Shown: positions 49,555-58,531, counted from the first letter of the stretch. The stretch: DNA of 64,000 nt from an uncultured Alphaproteobacteria bacterium (GCA_951812805.1 CATOSZ010000001.1:1600017-1664016); one strand, 5' to 3'. Made by a program: numbers and translations. The notes: generated from the letters alone by a model not told the origin.

Positions 49555-51461
49555 ATCGGGTAGGAGGGGTCCTCTCGGCGCCCCTCCTCCCACACCACCG
49601 GGCATACGTTCTACGTACCACGGCGGTTTCCGGTCAGTTGTAACGCGAGATACCTATCGGTCATAGGGACAAGCCCCTGGCCTTCGAACCAAGCCAGGGT
49701 CATGGCTTCGGTGGCTTGATAGCTGAGGGACTTGCGCCACCAGCCCTTGCCGGAGAGAGCCAAGATCCAGGCCCGCCGCTCGGGCACCCCGAGGCTTCGC
49801 AGGAAGTCCGCTTGCGCCTTGGTGCGCTTGCATTGCTTGAGCCGGACACAGCGCAGTTTTCGACGGATCCAGCCGTCGAGACGCCGAAGCTGGCTCGCGC
49901 AACGGGCATGGCGGAAGTACGTCACCCAGCCGGCGAGGAAGCCGTTGAGTTCGCCGACCATGCGCGCGAGGCTGATGCCCCGGTTGCGCCGGGTGATCTC
50001 GCGAACCCGTTGCTTCGCCCGCCGCAGGCTTTGCGGCGCGATGCCGAGCGATCCATCCGACAACAGCCGGTGGCCGAGGAACTTGCGGTCCCCGGCCGGA
50101 GCGACGGCACTTTTCTCCTGGTTGACCCGCAGATGCAACCTGCCTTGGAGGAATTCGGCGACCGAGGCCATCACCCGCTCGCCCGCCGCTCGAGTGCGAA
50201 CGTAGATGTTCACGTCGTCGGCATAACGGCAGAAGCTATGGCCCCGCGCCTCCAGCATCCGGTCCAGATCGTCCAGTAGAAGATTGGCCAGCAGCGGCGA
50301 CAGCGGGCCGCCTTGCGGCGTGCCCTCATGGCGCCGGATGCAGACGCCGGTCTGCATCATCCCCGCTTGCAGAAAGCGACGGATGGTGCGCAGCAGGCGC
50401 TTGTCGCCAATCCGCCCAGCCAGTCGGGACATCAGAATGTCGTGATTGACCCGGTCGAAGAACGCCTCCAGATCCAGGTCGACCACAATCCCGCGGCCTT
50501 CGGCAACGTACTTACCCGCTTGGGCCAGAGCATCGTGAGCGCTCCGGCCCGGACGGAAGCCGAAACTCGAAGCCGAGAAACCCGGATCGAGGATCGGCTG
50601 AAGGACGTGCAGGATGGCTTGCTGAACCAGACGATCCAGCACCGTCGGGATGCCCAATTGCCGCATCCCGCCTCCCGGCTTGGGGATCGAGACCCCCTTC
50701 ACCGGTTGGGGCCGATAGTCGCCTCGCGACAACGCCGCCACCAGCGCGTCCTTGTGATCGACGAGCCAGAGCCGCAGGTCTTGGATGGTCATCCCATCCA
50801 CGCCCGCCGACCCCTTGTTCGCCTTCACCCGCTTGTAGGCTTGGTTCAGGTTGGCGGAACTCACCACCCGTTCCATCAGGTCTTGCGTCAAGGCTCGTTG
50901 CCGGTCCAACGCCGTGCGCACTTGTGGCACCTCGCAGGCTCCAGTTCCGGTTCCGCCGTCACCAGGGGCCTCGGGGCGCAGCGCCTTCATCAGGGCCTCG
51001 TCGAAAAGGTCCAATTGATAGCCACCGCCTTGCTGCCGCTCCATGCTCATCGAGTTGGTCCAGACTGCTCCTTGCTATTCGGATTCGGCCCTTCGGCGCC
51101 TCGCGGCCCCTACTATGGCCTCGGCTGACTTCTCCACCGCCGTCGCTCCCCGTCGCCGGGTCGCTACTCGGTTCCCCCGAGAGCGCTGGAGATCTCCCTG
51201 GGTAAAACCTTGATCTTTCCGCCGGTCGCGGCCGGATTTACCAATGCGATGTCCGAACGACTATCGGGCATCGCCATCCATTGCTGGCTTACCCCATCGC
51301 ACCGGCCTGATATCCGGTTTCTGTTCGTCCGCTCCGGATTTTGCCTCCGGCTTCCTCCCCACCCCACCTCGCGGCGACGCAGTTGCCTTCAGCTAACGGT
51401 TCCGGTCGTTACGGCCCGTAGAGAACTTCCATCTCCTAGATCAACGCCATGCCAGGCACAC
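49555..51461 (-). mobile_element. Group II intron, class C (IIC)
   Basis: 5' GTGTGCCTGGCATGGCG; domain V AACCGCCGTGGTACG...GGTGGTGTGGGAGG with CGC triad; 3' end ...CCTACCCGAT; inserted just after a rho-independent terminator. Confidence 0.9.
49611..51050 (-). CDS. ltrA: Group II intron reverse transcriptase/maturase (no endonuclease domain)
   Basis: NKGSAGVDG, RQLGIPTVLDR, GTPQGGPLSP, RYADD, maturase GWVTYF. Confidence 0.93.
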   Translation of the reverse strand: MSMERQQGGGYQLDLFDEALMKALRPEAPGDGGTGTGACEVPQVRTALDRQRALTQDLMERVVSSANLNQAYKRVKANKGSAGVDGMTIQDLRLWLVDHKDALVAALSRGDYRPQPVKGVSIPKPGGGMRQLGIPTVLDRLVQQAILHVLQPILDPGFSASSFGFRPGRSAHDALAQAGKYVAEGRGIVVDLDLEAFFDRVNHDILMSRLAGRIGDKRLLRTIRRFLQAGMMQTGVCIRRHEGTPQGGPLSPLLANLLLDDLDRMLEARGHSFCRYADDVNIYVRTRAAGERVMASVAEFLQGRLHLRVNQEKSAVAPAGDRKFLGHRLLSDGSLGIAPQSLRRAKQRVREITRRNRGISLARMVGELNGFLAGWVTYFRHARCASQLRRLDGWIRRKLRCVRLKQCKRTKAQADFLRSLGVPERRAWILALSGKGWWRKSLSYQATEAMTLAWFEGQGLVPMTDRYLALQLTGNRRGT

Positions 51462-51488
51462 AAGAAAAGGGGCCGCCGAAGCGGCCCC
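51462..51488 (-). terminator. Rho-independent terminator (intron target)
   Basis: GGGGCCGC-TTCG-GCGGCCCC followed by TTTTCTT on the minus strand. Confidence 0.85.
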
Positions 51489-51590
51489 TAACGATGTCCT
51501 CGATAACCTCACCATTTCCCGGAACATTGGGCGGATGCTCCCGATGTCCATGATGCCGTCAGCAAGTTCATCCTCCTTCAACCACGAAGT
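51462..51590 (-). ncRNA. Putative counter-transcribed RNA upstream of repC
   Basis: Lies between a minus-strand TTGACA-N17-CATCTT promoter and the terminator, antisense to the repC leader as in repABC replicons. Confidence 0.55.
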
Positions 51591-51596
51591 TGGTGG

Positions 51597-51625
51597 AAGA
51601 TGCGCCCTCGGCGATTCCCTGTCAA
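51597..51625 (-). promoter_or_regulatory. Sigma70-type promoter for the antisense RNA
   Basis: -35 TTGACA (51625-51620), 17-nt spacer, -10 CATCTT (51602-51597). Confidence 0.65.
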
Positions 51626-51680
51626 GGGCAAATGTGAGGCCGTCGGAGATATCGCCCGGTCCCGCCCCGGTCGATCAACC

Positions 51681-53081
51681 ATGCAACAGCACAACACCTC
51701 CCACACCAGCTCCACCCCCCGTCCCTGGCTCGCCAACGAGAGCCTCAACCCGAGCGGCGGCCGGGAACGCTCCCCGGTCCACAAGCAGGCCGAGAGGGGC
51801 GCGGAGAGCTTTCTCGGCCTGCCCGAGGGCATCAAGCGCTTCGAGATCCTCGCCGTCCTGCGCCGGGTCGGCCTCGAGGACGGCTGGACACGCGGCCTGA
51901 TCAGCCACTACGAGCTGCTGCTCACCTACACCAGGGAGAGCGACTGGGCGCCGGGCGGACGACCCGTCGTCTGGCTCTCGGTGGAGAAGGCGGCCCAACA
52001 GCTCGGTATCTCCCCCCGCCAGGTCCGGCGCAACGAGCGGCGGATGATGGAACTGGGCGCCCTGGCCTTCCGTGATTCTCCCAACCACCGCCGCTTCGGG
52101 CGCCGCGACGGCGAGGGCCGGATCGTCGAGGCCTATGGCCTGGACCTCTCGCCCGCCGCCGCCCTGCTGCCCCGCCTGGCACGGCTGGAACAGACCCTGG
52201 TCCGGAACAGGGCCGAATGGCGCCGGCTCAAGCGGGAGATCGGCACGGCCCGCAAGGGCATCCGCGCCGCCATCGAATGGGCCCTCGAACACCAGCGCGT
52301 GAGCGACGAGATCGCCGAGACGCTCTGGCAGGGATTACAGGGCTTCGCAGAGCGGATCCGCGCCGAAACACCCCTCGATGGCTTGCGTCAACGACTGGCC
52401 GAACTCCGCGCCTTCGACGCCCGTCTGTGGCGTCTGATCGGGGAAGATCGGCCCGTGGACCCGCCCGGGGACAATTCCCCCAACGACGACAATGACTTGC
52501 CGGCCAATATGTCCGCCACGGGGGACCGATATGTCCGCCCTGGCGGACATCCGTGTCCGCCACCATTAGATGACAATACAAACCTAGTTCCTGATCAAGG
52601 AATACCGGTAAGCGGCGGCGAAGCGGCCGCCGGGCCGGCAAGGGACGAAGGGGGCGCGGCGGTGGCGGCTCACCGGCACCCGCCGGGGCGCGGCGGAGAG
52701 GAAGGGGGCCGGCACGGGGATGTGCCCCGGCCCCGGGTGTCGTGGGACAACCTGCTGGCGATCCTGCCGCCGGGCCTGCGCCATCGGCTGCCGCTCGATG
52801 AACATCCCTCCTGGTCCTCGTTGATCGACGCGGCGGGCGAGCACGCCGCCGAACTCGGCATCTCGCCCCATGCCTGGGGGGAGGCCTGCCGGGCAATGGG
52901 CCGGGAGGGGGCGGCGATGGCGGTGATCGTCGTCGCCGCCAAGCACCACCGGGGCGAGGTGCGCCGCCCCGGCGGCTACTTGCGCGCACTGACGGCGCGG
53001 GCCGGGACGGGGGAGCTGCATCTCGCCCGCTCCGTGTACGGCCTGCTCAACACAACCACGGGAAAGGAACAGAACCGATGA
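51681..53081 (+). CDS. repC: Plasmid replication initiator RepC
   Basis: DSPNHRRFGRRDGEGRIVEAYGLDLSP and C-terminal LGISPHAWGEACRAMG...PGGYLRALT, the RepC N- and C-terminal motifs. Confidence 0.85.
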   Translation: MQQHNTSHTSSTPRPWLANESLNPSGGRERSPVHKQAERGAESFLGLPEGIKRFEILAVLRRVGLEDGWTRGLISHYELLLTYTRESDWAPGGRPVVWLSVEKAAQQLGISPRQVRRNERRMMELGALAFRDSPNHRRFGRRDGEGRIVEAYGLDLSPAAALLPRLARLEQTLVRNRAEWRRLKREIGTARKGIRAAIEWALEHQRVSDEIAETLWQGLQGFAERIRAETPLDGLRQRLAELRAFDARLWRLIGEDRPVDPPGDNSPNDDNDLPANMSATGDRYVRPGGHPCPPPLDDNTNLVPDQGIPVSGGEAAAGPARDEGGAAVAAHRHPPGRGGEEGGRHGDVPRPRVSWDNLLAILPPGLRHRLPLDEHPSWSSLIDAAGEHAAELGISPHAWGEACRAMGREGAAMAVIVVAAKHHRGEVRRPGGYLRALTARAGTGELHLARSVYGLLNTTTGKEQNR

Positions 53082-53803
53082 CGAAGACCCACAACATTCA
53101 CCCCTTCCCGCGCCCCCTGGCGCGGAATACACAACCCCCGGGCGGACTTCGCCGGTTGGCGGTGCTCTCGCGCAAGGGCGGGGCGGGCAAGACGACGCTG
53201 GCGGTCAATCTGGCGGTGGCGGCGCAAGCGCGCGGTCTCCCCTCGGCGGTGCTGGACGTGGACCCGCAGGCCTCGGCCAGCGCCTGGGCGGAGGTCCGTG
53301 GCGCCACATCGCCGGTGGTCCGGCATTGCCCGGCGCGTCATGTCGAGCGTGTGCTGGGCGAGGCGGCCGAGGACGGCATCGCCCTGGCGCTGATCGACAC
53401 GGCGCCGCACGCGGAGGGGGCGGCGTTGACGGCGGCGCGGGCGGCCGATCTGGTGGTCATTCCCTGCCGCCCGGCGTTGTTCGATCTCTGCGCGGTCACC
53501 GACAGCCTGGACATGGCCCGGCTGGCAAATGTTCCGGCGGTGGCGGTGGTGAACGCGGCGCCGGCGCGGGGCCGGTTGGCGGCGGAGACGGCGGCGGCGC
53601 TGGCGAACCTGGGCCTGGACGCGGTGGCGCCGCCTCTCGGACAGCGCGCCGCCTTCGTGCATGCCCTGACGGCGGGCCAAGGCGTGGTGGAGTACGCGCC
53701 CCGTGGCAAGGCGGCGGGGGAGGTTCTGGCGCTGCTGGATCGATTGTTGGCCCATCCCGCCGTGCGGGCGACGGCGAAGAACAACGAAGGGAGGCTGGCA
53801 TGA
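53078..53803 (+). CDS. parA: Short ParA-family partition ATPase
   Basis: RKGGAGKTT deviant Walker A, DVDPQASA, IDTAP; ATGA coupling to repC. Confidence 0.9.
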   Translation: MTKTHNIHPFPRPLARNTQPPGGLRRLAVLSRKGGAGKTTLAVNLAVAAQARGLPSAVLDVDPQASASAWAEVRGATSPVVRHCPARHVERVLGEAAEDGIALALIDTAPHAEGAALTAARAADLVVIPCRPALFDLCAVTDSLDMARLANVPAVAVVNAAPARGRLAAETAAALANLGLDAVAPPLGQRAAFVHALTAGQGVVEYAPRGKAAGEVLALLDRLLAHPAVRATAKNNEGRLA

Positions 53804-54759
53804 CGAAACAACGGAACTTGGCGGAAGCGTTCCGCTCGCTATCGCCGGAAGCAAGGACGGGCAATGGGGAAGGCCAAGCCGAACAGAGCGAACTGGAAAC
53901 GGCGCGTCCCCGGCGGACGCTGTCGGTGGCGCTGGCGGCGATCCGGGTCGAGGACCGCTTGCGGCTGGGTCTCGATGAAGCGAAGATCGAGACCATTGCC
54001 GCCTCGATGCGGGACATCGGCCTGCAATCGCCGGTGCTGCTGCGCCCCTGGCGGGAGGCGGATACGACGCGTCCCCATGCCTGGGGGGCGTCCGACGCGG
54101 GGGTGTTCGCCCTGGTGGCGGGCGCGCACCGGTTGGCGGCGGCGCGGGTGTTGGGCTGGACGGAGATCGAGGCGATGATCGTGGACGGCACGCCGGACGA
54201 AGTGCGTTTGATGGAGATCGACGAGAACCTGGCCCGGGCCGAGTTGACGGCGCTGGACCGGGCGCGGTTCCTGGCGGCGCGCAAGGCGGTGTACGAGCGG
54301 CTGTTTCCCGAAGCATGCAATGGGGGAGACCGCAAGAGCATTGAATTCGCGGAGAAAAATCGGATGGAAAACATTTCCATCCGATCCTTCGCCGACGATG
54401 CGAGCGCGAAGATGGGGCTGACGTCGCGCGCGGTTCGCCGCGCGGTGGCGATCGGCGAAGGCATCGACGACGAGGCCGCCGAAGCGCTTGCCGGGACGGC
54501 ATTGGCGGACCGGGAGGGGGATCTGCACCGCCTGTCGAAACTGTCGCGCGCGCGCCAGCGCGTGGTGGCGGGAGTTTGCGCGTCGATGCCGGGGTCGGCG
54601 ACGCTGGACAAGGCCTTGTCGGCGATCGACGGCAAGGCGGCGAGCGGCAGGGCGAGGTCATCGGAGGCGGCGCAGCTGGAGGCGCTACGCCGGGCCTGGC
54701 GGAAGGCGTGTCCCGAAGCCCGGCGGCGGTTCCGGGATGAGGTGTGCCGGGAGGCGTGA
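53800..54759 (+). CDS. parB: ParB/RepB/Spo0J-family partition protein
   Basis: IGLQSPV, LVAGAHRLAA, EIDENLAR, HTH region; ATGA coupling to parA. Confidence 0.85.
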   Translation: MTKQRNLAEAFRSLSPEARTGNGEGQAEQSELETARPRRTLSVALAAIRVEDRLRLGLDEAKIETIAASMRDIGLQSPVLLRPWREADTTRPHAWGASDAGVFALVAGAHRLAAARVLGWTEIEAMIVDGTPDEVRLMEIDENLARAELTALDRARFLAARKAVYERLFPEACNGGDRKSIEFAEKNRMENISIRSFADDASAKMGLTSRAVRRAVAIGEGIDDEAAEALAGTALADREGDLHRLSKLSRARQRVVAGVCASMPGSATLDKALSAIDGKAASGRARSSEAAQLEALRRAWRKACPEARRRFRDEVCREA

Positions 54760-54762
54760 AGC

Positions 54763-54798
54763 AAGGGGGAGGAACGAATCTCTCCGTTCCTCCCCCTT
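54763..54798. terminator. Hairpin between convergent parB and recombinase genes
   Basis: 14-bp perfect stem AAGGGGGAGGAACG / CGTTCCTCCCCCTT. Confidence 0.6.
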
Positions 54799-54841
54799 CC
54801 GTGCCGCTGTTCATGCTGGTTTGCGATTTCCGGTTGGCCGT

Positions 54842-56422
54842 CTACGCGGCGGCAATGGCCAGGTCGACCAATCCGTCCGTGCGGGGGGTGACGGTGAGGT
54901 TCATGTCGTAACGATTGTCCGGATCGGGCGCGGCGACGATGCGTTCGATCAACGTGGAGAGGGTCATCAGCGCGTCATGCCGCTTGACCGGCGCGCGCGC
55001 GTTGGCGATGGCGGCGGCGAGCGTGTCGAGTTTATCCAGCAACCGTGCCGTCAGCACGTCGGGATCGACGGTGGGCGGGCTGGCGAGCGCGGCGTATTCG
55101 TATTTCAGCCGGGCCTCGGTGTTTTCCAGTGTCAATAGCTGGCGGTGCAAGCTCTGGGCCGCGGTGCCCTCCTGGATGGCCGAGACGATATTGGCGATGT
55201 GGCGCTGGTTGGCGGCCATGTGTTCGGCCATGGCCTCGCGGGCGGCCTGCCTGGCGGCGGCGGCTTCGGCCAGCAGGGCGGGCCAATCCTGCTGCCGCGA
55301 GAGTTGCCGGTGCAGGCTCTCCATGGCGTGCCGTTCCACGACATCGACGGCGATGCGCCGGTTCATCTCGCAGGTGCCGCTCTGGCGGCGATTGGTGCAG
55401 CCGTAGCGCCCCTTGTTGATGACGCTCATGGAGCCGCCGCAGACGGCGCAGTGGAGGAGAGGGCTGAGCGGCAGGGGGACGCGGGTGGCGTGGGCCTGGC
55501 GGCGGTCGTAGCCCTTGAGGCGGCGGGTTTGGACGGCGTCCCAGAGCGCGTCGTCGACGATGCGCAGGTTGGGGACGTCGGTCACGATCCATTCGGCGGG
55601 CGGATTATCGCGGGCGACGTGTTTGCCGGTGTCGGGGTTTCGTTTCTTGCGGGTGCGATTGAAGACGATCCGGCCGCGATAGAGTTCGTTGTTGAGGATG
55701 CCGGTGCCGCGCCGGGGCCGGCCGTTGATGGTGTAGGCGGTCCAGAGGCCCTTGCGAGGTCCGGGAATGCCATCGGCGTTGAGCAGCGCGGCGATGTTGC
55801 GCGGACTGGCGCCGTCGGCATAGAGGCGAAAGATACGGCGGACGACCTTGGCCTGTTCGCGGTTCACGGTGCGCAGGCCACGCGTGAGCTTGCCGTCGGG
55901 GCCTACTCTGTTGGCGACGTTGTATCCGTAGCTGAGCCCGCCGCCGGCGCGGCCCTCGCGGACACGGCCCATCTGGCCGCGCCGGGTCTTGCTGGCGAGG
56001 GCGACGAGTTGGCCCTGGTTCATGACGCCCTTGAAGGCGATGTGAATGGGCTGGACTTCGCCTTCCTCGATGGTGACGAGGTCGAGATCGTGAAAGACGA
56101 GGCGGTCGTAGATGCCGGAGGTGTCGGTCTGTATACGGCTGATCCGGTCGAGGGCCTCGGTGTAGATGGCGTCGAAGAGGCCGGCCTTGGCGTCCTGGAG
56201 CATTTGCGCGAGGCCGGGACGTTCGTGGAGGGTCTGGCCGGTCGAGGTTGAATCTGTATAGATGCCGGCGACGGTGCCGCCACGTGCGCGGATGCGTTCC
56301 TCGCAGAGGGCGATCTGGTCCGGGATGGAGCGCGGGTCCTGGAGGTGGGAAGAGTAGCGGGCATAGATGGCGTAACGCTGTGTCGTGCGGGCAAGCGCAG
56401 TCGGCATGATGGCATGGTTCAT
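54842..56422 (-). CDS. Large serine recombinase (integrase)
   Basis: YAIYARYSS catalytic Ser, RPGL, EALDRISR, recombinase domain, CAVCG...C zinc ribbon, coiled coil. Confidence 0.92.
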   Translation of the reverse strand: MNHAIMPTALARTTQRYAIYARYSSHLQDPRSIPDQIALCEERIRARGGTVAGIYTDSTSTGQTLHERPGLAQMLQDAKAGLFDAIYTEALDRISRIQTDTSGIYDRLVFHDLDLVTIEEGEVQPIHIAFKGVMNQGQLVALASKTRRGQMGRVREGRAGGGLSYGYNVANRVGPDGKLTRGLRTVNREQAKVVRRIFRLYADGASPRNIAALLNADGIPGPRKGLWTAYTINGRPRRGTGILNNELYRGRIVFNRTRKKRNPDTGKHVARDNPPAEWIVTDVPNLRIVDDALWDAVQTRRLKGYDRRQAHATRVPLPLSPLLHCAVCGGSMSVINKGRYGCTNRRQSGTCEMNRRIAVDVVERHAMESLHRQLSRQQDWPALLAEAAAARQAAREAMAEHMAANQRHIANIVSAIQEGTAAQSLHRQLLTLENTEARLKYEYAALASPPTVDPDVLTARLLDKLDTLAAAIANARAPVKRHDALMTLSTLIERIVAAPDPDNRYDMNLTVTPRTDGLVDLAIAAA

Positions 56423-56463
56423 GGCGTTCGGTCTCCGTAAGACGATGAAAAGCGCCCGCCGCT

Positions 56464-56760
56464 GGTCTCCAGGCGGCCCTCCAGCCTCGCTCGGGCTCCC
56501 CTCCGATGCGCGGTGCCGGCTGCGGGTTGTATCGCGGCACGAGCGAGCTGAAACGTCGTATCGAAGACGGCGACGAAACACCCATACATTAGCGATACCC
56601 GTATTGACTGCTGGTCCCTTGGAGTCATATGCTGGCGGCCTCTTCACGGGGCCTCTTTCTACACGCTAGGAGCCCTGAAGTGATGTTGATCTCTCGAAAG
56701 CCCCAGTGGGGAGTGCCAGCCGCGGCCATGGCTGCGGCGCTGCTTGTCGCCGGATGCGGC
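56464..56760 (+). repeat. Conserved 5' block of lipoprotein module, copy A
   Basis: Near-identical to 60888-61249 apart from five extra 13-bp units there; contains a putative promoter, RBS and the signal peptide up to the lipobox. Confidence 0.92.
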
Positions 56761-57951
56761 AGCAGCACCACAGGCACTACGTCCGATGCGGCGACGCCAT
56801 CGAAGCCGGTTGCGCCGACCGAGCAGGAAAAGGCTGACGCCGCGAAACCGGTTGCGCCGAACGAGCAGGAAAAGGCTGACGCCGCGAAACCGGTTGCGCC
56901 GAACGAGCAGGAAAAGGCTGACGCCGCGAAACCGGTTGCGCCGAACGAGCAGGAAAAGGCTGACGCCGCGAAACCGGTTGCGCCGAACGAGCAGGAAAAA
57001 GCTGACGCCACGGCAGTATTGAGTAGCGACAGTTTTGTTAGTATTAGTAGCCCTCCTGCCAATCAACTGATCGCTGCGGCCACGGCAGCTGATGATGTCA
57101 CGAAGAAGGTAGCTGAGGAAATTGCGAGTGCAGCAGCCGCTACTCCTTCACTCGGCAGTGTTCACCAATCAACGGCTGCTCCCGATGCGCGTAGGAAGAA
57201 GATTGGCGTGTTGTCGTCCCGGCACTACAAGAACAATGTAGTGTTTTATGCCAAAGACGGTAATGGAAACTTTTTCCACGATTCAATAACTGACGGCACC
57301 GTCGTGAACGCTCCTATCGATGGATGGAATGGTGTTGAGTGGAAAAATAAGGATGATACCGGCACACTTCGTGTCAGGGGTTATGGAACAGAGCGCGGCG
57401 TCATGCCTCTTTTTGCCCTCGGTTATTGGCTCCATGTTCCAGACGATGCCACGAGTGCCGATTCCTATGAGGTTGGGGTCTTCGCCCTCGGCGGCGGCGG
57501 TGGTTTCAATACGGGACATCTCTCGGGCCTCACCGGCACTGCCACATACGAAGGCGATGCGGTCGGTCTGTATGCCAAGAGAGCCGCAGTCGAAGACACC
57601 CCTGACATCAAGGAGTTCACTGCCGATGTCGCTCTGACGGCGGATTTCGGCGCTAACACCGAACTCGGTAGCGTGAGCGGGACGGTATCCAACTTCAATG
57701 TCGGCGGCATGGAGAAAGCGCTGAAGTTGAGCCTCGGAAGCGCAACTATCACTGGCACCCGATACGGAGGCTTCTTCAAGGGAGGAGACACCAGCGCCGC
57801 TGGCGGGTTCTCGGGCAAGTGGGCAGGCGCGTTCTACGGCGACGGACAAGCCACCACCGACAAGCCAGCCAGCATCGTCGGGACCTTCGGCGCTGCGAAG
57901 AGTGATAAGTTGGAGAGCTTCATTGGGGCCTTCGGCCCCAAGAAGCAGTAG
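56680..57951 (+). CDS. Surface lipoprotein with C-terminal TbpB-like beta-barrel (T11SS cargo) #1
   Basis: AGGAG RBS, lipobox LVAG-C, repetitive linker, GTATYEG...TADFG...GKWAGAFYG...GTFGA...FIGAFG. Confidence 0.8.
   Translation: MMLISRKPQWGVPAAAMAAALLVAGCGSSTTGTTSDAATPSKPVAPTEQEKADAAKPVAPNEQEKADAAKPVAPNEQEKADAAKPVAPNEQEKADAAKPVAPNEQEKADATAVLSSDSFVSISSPPANQLIAAATAADDVTKKVAEEIASAAAATPSLGSVHQSTAAPDARRKKIGVLSSRHYKNNVVFYAKDGNGNFFHDSITDGTVVNAPIDGWNGVEWKNKDDTGTLRVRGYGTERGVMPLFALGYWLHVPDDATSADSYEVGVFALGGGGGFNTGHLSGLTGTATYEGDAVGLYAKRAAVEDTPDIKEFTADVALTADFGANTELGSVSGTVSNFNVGGMEKALKLSLGSATITGTRYGGFFKGGDTSAAGGFSGKWAGAFYGDGQATTDKPASIVGTFGAAKSDKLESFIGAFGPKKQ
56803..57009 (+). repeat. 42-bp in-frame tandem repeat, about 5 copies (KPVAP[N/T]EQEKADAA)
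   Basis: Direct inspection; period 42 nt, no spacers. Confidence 0.95.
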
Positions 57952-58531
57952 CTCCGGGCGGGCTTGACTTCAAACGGGCGGGGTCCGGAGAGAAACGCTC
58001 CGAGCCCCGCCCGGCTTTTTTCCGTTTTTAGTTTTCCATGTGGGCTTCTCCGAGGCGAGCGAGGCCGCTCCGGCGGAGGCCCCGCTCGCCTCGGAGAAGC
58101 CCATCTCATGCATCCGTTATCGATATTCCGTGCGCTGGCGTTGGGAACGGCGCTGGCATGTGCCGTACCAGCCTGGGCAAGACCGGATTCGACGCCACCC
58201 CGCGCCGATGCGGCCGAGGCCCAGGAACTTGTCCGCGATGGCCGGTTCGAGGACGCGCTGGAGCGTCTCCGCCCCCTGGCCGAAGGGGGCACGGTGGATG
58301 CGGCGGCGATGTTCCAGTTGGGCCTCGCGGCGGTGGGCGCGGCGCAAGAAGCGGATTTGGCGGAGGCGAAGCGCGAGGCGCTGCTGGCCGAGGCGATCGC
58401 GGCCTTCCGGTCGCTTCTGGTGCGTCGGCCGGGCCTGGTGCGGGTACGCCTGGAGCTGGCCCGTGCCTTCTTCTTGAAGGGCGAGGACGATCTTGCGAAG
58501 GCGCATTTCGAGCGCGTGCTGGCGGGCAAGC
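57913..58531 (+). repeat. Conserved 3' block of lipoprotein module, copy A
   Basis: Near-identical to 63383-64000: last beta-strand codons, terminator, hairpin and SLAM 5' end. Confidence 0.92.
57975..58021 (+). terminator. Rho-independent terminator after lipoprotein #1
   Basis: CGGGCGGGG...CCCCGCCCG stem followed by GCTTTTTT. Confidence 0.75.

Noticed and set aside
49611..51050. Reverse transcriptase as a retron, DGR or defence RT
   Set aside because: YADD plus maturase domain, flanked by recognisable IIC intron ends and domain V/VI; no TR/VR pair seen
56803..57009. 42-bp repeats as a CRISPR array
   Set aside because: Head-to-tail repeats with no unique spacers, in frame within a lipoprotein; no cas genes
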